Source: Ranitomeya imitator (lineage: Eukaryota). From it: a stretch of DNA of 64,000 nucleotides. A program made the translations under genes and the position numbers. Under the pieces are notes generated by a model, which saw only the letters and a program-made list of their open reading frames with translations, had not been told where the DNA came from and made no database searches. Positions 60,991-64,000 of the stretch are shown here, one piece after another (within the stretch, counting starts at the first letter, position 1; every line of letters begins with the position of its first letter). The stretch lies in NCBI RefSeq assembly GCF_032444005.1, contig NC_091287.1, positions 562,216,001 to 562,280,000 of the forward strand, written 5' to 3'.

Positions 60991-63420
60991 GACATCCTGT
61001 ATTATACCCCAGAGCTGCACTCACTATTCTGCTGGTGCAGTCACTGTGTACATACATTACATTACTGATCCTGAGTTACATCCTGTATTATACCCCAGAG
61101 CTGCACTCACTATTCTGCTGGTGCAGTCACTGTGTACATACATTACATTACTGATCCTGAGTTACATCCTGTACTATACTCCAGAGCTGCACTCACTATT
61201 CTGCTGGTGCAGTCACTGTGTATATACATTACATTACTGATCCTGAGTTACATCCTGTATTATACCCCAGAGCTGCACTCACTATTCTGCTGGTGCAGTC
61301 ACTGTGTACATACATTACATTACTGATCCTGAGATACATCCTGTAATATACTCCAGAGCTGCACTCACTATTCTGCTGGTGCAGTCACTGTGTACATACA
61401 TTACATTACTGATCCTGAGATACATCCTGTATTATACTCCAGAGCTGCACTCACTATTCTGCTGGTGCAGTCACTGTGTACATACATTACTGATCCCGAG
61501 TTACCTCCTGTATTATACTCCAGAGCTGCACTCACTATTCTGCTGGTGCAGTCACTGTGTACATACATTACATTACTGATCCTGAGTTACATCCTGTATT
61601 ATACCCCAGAGCTGCTCCCACTATTCTGCTGGTACAGTCACTGTGTACATACATTACATTACTGATCCTGAGTTACATCCTGTATTATACCCCAGAGCTG
61701 CACTCACTATTCTGCTGGTGCAGTCACTGTGTACATACATTACATTACTGATCCTGAGTTACATCCTGTATCATACCCCAGAGCTGCTCTCACTATTCTG
61801 CTGGTGCTGTCACTGTGTACATACATGACATTACTGATCCTGATTTACACCCTGTATTATACTCCAGAGCTGCACTCAATATTCTGCTGGTGCAGTCACT
61901 GTGTACATACATTACTGATCCCGAGTTACCTCCTGTATTATACTCCAGAGCTGCACTCACTATTCTGCTGGTGCAGTCACTGTGTACATACATTACATTA
62001 CTGATCCTGAGTTACATCCTGTATTGTACCCCAGAGCTGCACTCACTATTCTGCTGGTGCAGTCACTGTGTACATACATTACCGATCCTGAGTTACATCC
62101 TGTATTATACTCCAGAGCTGCACTCACTATTCTGCTGGTGCAGTCACTGTGTACATACATTACATTACATTACTGATCCTGAGTTACATCCTGTATTATA
62201 CTCCAGAGCTGCACTCACTATTCTGCTGGTGCAGTCACTGTGTACATACATTACCGATCCTGAGTTACATCCTGTATTATACTCCAGAGCTGCACTCACT
62301 ATTCTGCTGGTGCAGTCACTGTGTACATAAATTACATTACTGACCCTGAGTTACCTCCTGTATTATACTCCAGAGCTGCACTCACTATTCTGCTGGTGCA
62401 GTCACTGTGTACATACATTACATTACCGATCCTGAGTTACATCCTGTATTATACTCCAGAGCTGCACTCACTATTCTGCTGGTGCAGTCACTGTGTACAT
62501 ACATTACATTACTGATCCTGAGTTACATCCTGTATTATACCCCAGAGCTGTACTCACTATTATGCTGGTGCAGTCACTGTGTACATACATTACATTACTG
62601 GTCCTGAGTTGCGTCCTGTATTATACCCCAGAGCTGCACTCACTATACTGCTGGTGCAGTCACTGTGTACATACATTACATTACTGATCCTGAGTTACAT
62701 CCCGTATTATACTCCAGAGCTGCACTCAATATTCTGCTGGTGCAGTCACTGTGTACATACATTACTGATCCTGAGTTACATCCTGTATTATGCTCCAGAG
62801 CTGCACTCACTATTCTGCTGGTGCAGTCACTGTGTACATACATTACATTACTGATCCTGAGTTACATCCTGTATTATACCCCAGAGCTGCACTCACTATT
62901 CTGCTGGTGCAGTCACTGTGTACATACATTACTGATCCTGAGTTACCTCCTGTATTATACTCCAGAGCTGCACTCACGATTCTGCTGGTGCAGTCACTGT
63001 GTACATACATTACATTACTGATCCTGAGTTACCTAATGTATTATACTCCAGAGCTGCACTCACTATTCTGCTGGAGAAGTCACTGTGTACATACATTACA
63101 TTACTGATCCTGAGTTACATTCTGTATTATACCCCAGAGCTGCACTCACTATTCTGCTGGTGCAGTCACCGTGTACATACATTACATTACTGATCCTGAG
63201 TTACATCCTGTATTATACTCCAGAGCTGCACTCACGATTCTGCTGGTGCAGTCACTGTGTACATACATTACATTACTGATCCTGAGTTACCTAATGTATT
63301 ATACTCCAGAGCTGCACTCACTATTCTGCTGGAGAAGTCACTGTGTACATACATTATATTACTGATCCTGAGTTACATTCTGTATTATACCCCAGAGCTG
63401 CACTCACTATTCTGCTGGTG
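60991..63420. repeat. 76-86-nt VNTR filling most of a NAPRT intron, ~29 copies
   Basis: ACATCCTGTATTATACCCCAGAGCTGCACTCACTATTCTGCTGGTGCAGTCACTGTGTACATACATTACATTACTGATCCTGAGTT units. Confidence 0.95.
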
Positions 63421-63592
63421 CTGTTATTTGTGGGTAAACACAGATAAAAATAAAGCTATGCTCCTATAAATAAAATGAGATGACAAATTATCAGGTTGTA
63501 AATCAGTAGAGGAAGCTGTGCACAGAGAATGAACCAGCTGGAAATGCTGGGATTTCAGCTCTGGAGCGGCAGAGTTGTGCAGTAGTGCTCAC

Positions 63593-63695
63593 CGCTGCGG
63601 TCGTACAGTCTGTATACGGCTTTGCTCCCCGGGATCGTGCTCTTCTCTTGGTCCTCGCTGATCTTTATTCTCGGTTGGTCGTTCACCTGCACCAG
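63593..63695 (-). CDS. NAPRT: NAPRT coding exon
   Basis: ttgcag|[34 protein letters not shown]+G|gtgagc. Confidence 0.92.
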
Positions 63696-63824
63696 CTGCA
63701 ATTGCAGGATCATTACATATCAGCAGTGGTGGAAACCTTCCCTGCCCACATCCTCCTCCAGACCAACACATGGCACTTTCCATGCGTCTCCCACGCGACC
63801 CTCCATCACCAACCATGATCTCAC

Positions 63825-63905
63825 CTTGTAGACACAGCCCAGAGACGGCTGCAAGGGGCAGGTGACAAGGTGAGTGCCGACACCAATCACATTAATCTCA
63901 TTGTC
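63825..63905 (-). CDS. NAPRT: NAPRT coding exon
   Basis: ttgcag|[27 protein letters not shown]|gtgaga; conserved G-x-GT and GCVYK motifs. Confidence 0.93.
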
Positions 63906-64000
63906 CTGCAAGTACAAAGATCAGTCACTGACCGACCCGAGGAATAAACCTGGAGGAGCTCCCTGCAGCCTGTCCACACACAGAACTGATACCGCTGTAT

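Noticed and set aside
60989-63469. Repeated YITDPELHPVLY-type ORFs
   Set aside because: Translations of the 86-nt VNTR, antisense to NAPRT.

Overview
This is vertebrate genomic DNA, not prokaryotic, and most likely from a frog (inferred from gene content and transposon types). It holds a four-gene block matching the human 8q24.3 cluster: the last two coding exons of PYCR3 (+), the domesticated pogo/Tigger transposase gene TIGD5 (-), a complete EEF1D gene (+), and the last five coding exons of NAPRT (-). EEF1D is head-to-head with TIGD5, has a 5'TOP first exon, and carries an intact 1.1-kb exon for the long eEF1B-delta-L isoform. The rest is mostly repeats. There are seven VNTR/minisatellite arrays, two Tc1 elements, a 5'-truncated L2, two closely related CR1 copies, and two copies of a TTAA-flanked non-autonomous piggyBac-like element carrying telomere-like repeats. 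There is also a foldback element with a degenerate hammerhead-like motif, several MITEs, an internally deleted Gmr1-like Gypsy LTR element, and an apparently intact DIRS1-type tyrosine-recombinase retrotransposon. Most long ORFs in the supplied track are artefacts of tandem repeats. Best leads: (1) the amphibian eEF1B-delta-L exon built from repeated W-x-DK motifs; (2) the hammerhead-bearing palindrome; (3) the intact DIRS, whose gag and recombinase ORFs share a frame across a single UGA. One assembly gap (204 N, 12623-12826). All coordinates, alignments and counts were done by eye.
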